Translations under genes and position numbers: made by a program
Source: Candidatus Undinarchaeales archaeon
GTDB lineage: Archaea > SpSt-1190 > JASMDC01
DNA length: 35,446 nt
Assembly: GCA_030753015.1 (NCBI GenBank)
Contig: JASMDC010000037.1
Coordinates: 1-35,446, forward strand
Direction: 5' to 3'
In this document: piece by piece, positions 33,926 through 35,446 of the stretch
Position numbering within the stretch: position 1 is the first letter of the stretch
Layout of the letters: each line of letters starts with the position of its first letter
The notes under the pieces: model-generated
What the model saw: only the letters and a program-made list of their open reading frames with translations
Told to the model about the DNA's origin: nothing
Database searches by the model: none

Positions 33926-33926
33926 A

Positions 33927-34286
33927 CTATTCGCCTCCTATGGCCTTCTGGCGGGTGCGGTCCTTGATGTCCAGATCGGTGATGAGGACGTTGGACGGGT
34001 GGATGGGGTATGCCCGCTTCGTGCCGTCAGCGCGCTCGCGCTGGATGCCCTCAACAAATATCTTGAAGGTCTTCCGGTCCACACGCTCCACCTTGCCTTT
34101 TGTGCCCTTGAACTCGCCGCGCACGATCTTGACCGTGTCGCCAACGCGGACGGTCACCGAGCGGCGGTTGAACTCACCGCTCAGCTTCTCGTTGAGGTGG
34201 GCGGCCATGCACTTGCCTCTCTGGTGGATCGGCTTCGTGAAGTGCCGCTTCCTCTGTTTTCTTGGTAGACGTGACGATGCGACCAT
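33927..34286 (-). CDS. rpl24: 50S ribosomal protein L24
   Basis: PRKQRK, VRVGDTVKIVRGEFKG and PIHPSNV. Confidence 0.97.
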   Translation of the reverse strand: MVASSRLPRKQRKRHFTKPIHQRGKCMAAHLNEKLSGEFNRRSVTVRVGDTVKIVRGEFKGTKGKVERVDRKTFKIFVEGIQRERADGTKRAYPIHPSNVLITDLDIKDRTRQKAIGGE

Positions 34287-34287
34287 T

Positions 34288-34713
34288 TCAGACCACCATC
34301 CTTGCGATCTTTCCTAGACCTGGCCAACGCTCCACGGGCTCGCGGGCGATGACGCTCTTGATCTCTGAGCCGCGGGGGTCGCCCTGATCGTTGACGACCA
34401 CAGCAGCATTTGTCTCGAACCTGACGTGCATGCCTGACGGACGCGCGAACTCCTTGCGCGTGCGTACCACGATGGCTCGCACGACCTCGTTGCGCATCTC
34501 AGGCGTACCCTTGACCACTCTAGCGACGACCATGTCGCCGATCATGGCCGTGGGCATCCGGCCGTGCGTGCCCTGGATACCGGGCACGGTGATGATCTCG
34601 ATGATTTTGGCCCCAGTGTTATCGATGACGGGCAGCCGGGCTCCGGGTGGGAGACACCTGACGTAACCCTTGGTGGGCGCCCTCTTCTTTGCTAGCTTTA
34701 CCCTTCGGACCAT
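34288..34713 (-). CDS. rpl14: 50S ribosomal protein L14
   Basis: DNTGAK, GDMV, KGTPEMR and VRFETNAAVVV..GDPRGS. Confidence 0.96.
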   Translation of the reverse strand: MVRRVKLAKKRAPTKGYVRCLPPGARLPVIDNTGAKIIEIITVPGIQGTHGRMPTAMIGDMVVARVVKGTPEMRNEVVRAIVVRTRKEFARPSGMHVRFETNAAVVVNDQGDPRGSEIKSVIAREPVERWPGLGKIARMVV

Positions 34714-34718
34714 GGTAA

Positions 34719-35006
34719 TCAACCGAGTTTCTCGATGACGACGAAGTACTTGCTCTTGCTGAGCGGTCTGCACTCAGCGATGCGGACAACATCGCCCTTC
34801 TTTGCCCCGATACAGGGCGGATTGTGGGCGGCCACTCGTGTGGAGCGCTTCGTGAACCGCTCGAACTTGGGGTAGTAGCGGTTGAAGCCCCAGTGGACGA
34901 TGACCGTCCCGTGCATTTTGTCCGACACCACGGTCCCGACGTGGGTCGAGCCCCGCGTTGAGAGGGTTCCGTGCTGCGGGCAGCGAGGATCGTTACATTC
35001 TACCAT
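34719..35006 (-). CDS. rps17: 30S ribosomal protein S17
   Basis: CNDPRCPQHG.LSTRG, GTVVSDKM, AHNPPC and ECRPLSKSK. Confidence 0.97.
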   Translation of the reverse strand: MVECNDPRCPQHGTLSTRGSTHVGTVVSDKMHGTVIVHWGFNRYYPKFERFTKRSTRVAAHNPPCIGAKKGDVVRIAECRPLSKSKYFVVIEKLG

Positions 35007-35292
35007 GGTCACACCCCATCTTCTTTCCTAACTTCTTAATCCGGTCCTCGGGCCGTGCTACGAGCACCGCGCCCTCCACCTCAACGCGCTCTCCCTGGGG
35101 GAGGGTGAAGTGGAACGCGCACTCGTCCTTGGCAACGGACCGTCGACCATCGGTCGTTTCTATGATGAGCATGTTCCGCGACTCATCGACCACCGTACCG
35201 GTGAGGCCGACCTTGGAGTCGTCGGTCGAACGGGCCACCGCGATCGGGAGTCCGATGAGCTCATGGCACACCAAGTCTCGTGGCGTTATCAT
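34993..35292 (-). CDS. rnp1: Ribonuclease P protein component 1 (Rpp29/POP4)
   Basis: HELIGL, GTVVDESRNML and LVARPEDRIK; conserved position upstream of S17. Confidence 0.95.
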   Translation of the reverse strand: MITPRDLVCHELIGLPIAVARSTDDSKVGLTGTVVDESRNMLIIETTDGRRSVAKDECAFHFTLPQGERVEVEGAVLVARPEDRIKKLGKKMGCDHGRM

Positions 35293-35446
35293 TTCTTCGC
35301 CTCCTTGGTAGCCACCTTCTTGGCGGGCGCCTTCTTAGCCGCTTCCTTCTTTGGCTCGGCCTTCTTGGTGGGCGCCTTCTTAGCCGCTTCCTTCTTTGGC
35401 TCGGCCTTCTTGGTGGGCGCCTTCTTAGCCGCTTCCTTCTTTGGCT
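35289..35446 (-). CDS. 3' end of a gene with a Lys/Ala/Pro/Glu repeat tail; probably ribosomal protein L29 by synteny (partial)
   Basis: Open frame ...PKKEAAKKAPTKKAEPKKEAAKKAPTKKAEPKKEAAKKAPAKKVATKEAKK-stop; its TGA overlaps the rnp1 ATG. Identity rests on gene order only. Confidence 0.6.
   Translation of the reverse strand, partial: PKKEAAKKAPTKKAEPKKEAAKKAPTKKAEPKKEAAKKAPAKKVATKEAKK
35312..35446 (-). repeat. 45-bp coding tandem repeat (EPKKEAAKKAPTKKA), about 3 copies, running off the window
   Basis: Period of 45: GGGCGCC at 35325, 35370 and 35415. Confidence 0.95.

Overview
GC-rich archaeal chromosomal segment, probably a whole contig: it starts inside an IS and ends inside a tandem repeat. 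The right third (about 23.2-35.4 kb, minus strand) is the archaeal S10/spc ribosomal super-operon: tail of the probable L29 gene, Rpp29, S17, L14, L24, S4e, L5, S14, S8, L6, L32e, L19e, L18, S5, L30, L15, SecY, DUF106, L34e, L14e, Cbf5, a NOP2/RsmB methyltransferase and a PUA-like partner. Adenylate kinase and cytidylate kinase are missing from their usual positions, L5 and probable L29 carry Lys/Ala-rich repeats, SecY has a long loop insertion, and the S5 motif is reminiscent of DPANN (Woese/Pacearchaeota-like) archaea. The left two-thirds is accessory: an IS1634-family transposase interrupting a probable AAA_14-type ATPase gene; a CbbQ/NorQ-type AAA+ ATPase paired with a 1560-aa helical-repeat + HExxH + vWA protein, with no Rubisco or NO reductase gene nearby; a divergent ATP-grasp gene with a perfect palindrome in the shared intergenic region; a 6xPAS-DUF835-wHTH regulator bracketed by a repeated motif and followed by a candidate small RNA; TBP; DUF296; DUF123; a second candidate small RNA; a Pro-repeat/coiled-coil protein; a membrane protein; GH130; a toxin-antitoxin cassette flanked by 19-bp direct repeats; an XPD-like helicase; and two paralogous alpha/beta hydrolases around an uncharacterised gene. 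No rRNA, tRNA or CRISPR array was seen. All family calls come from motif recognition by eye, not from database searches.
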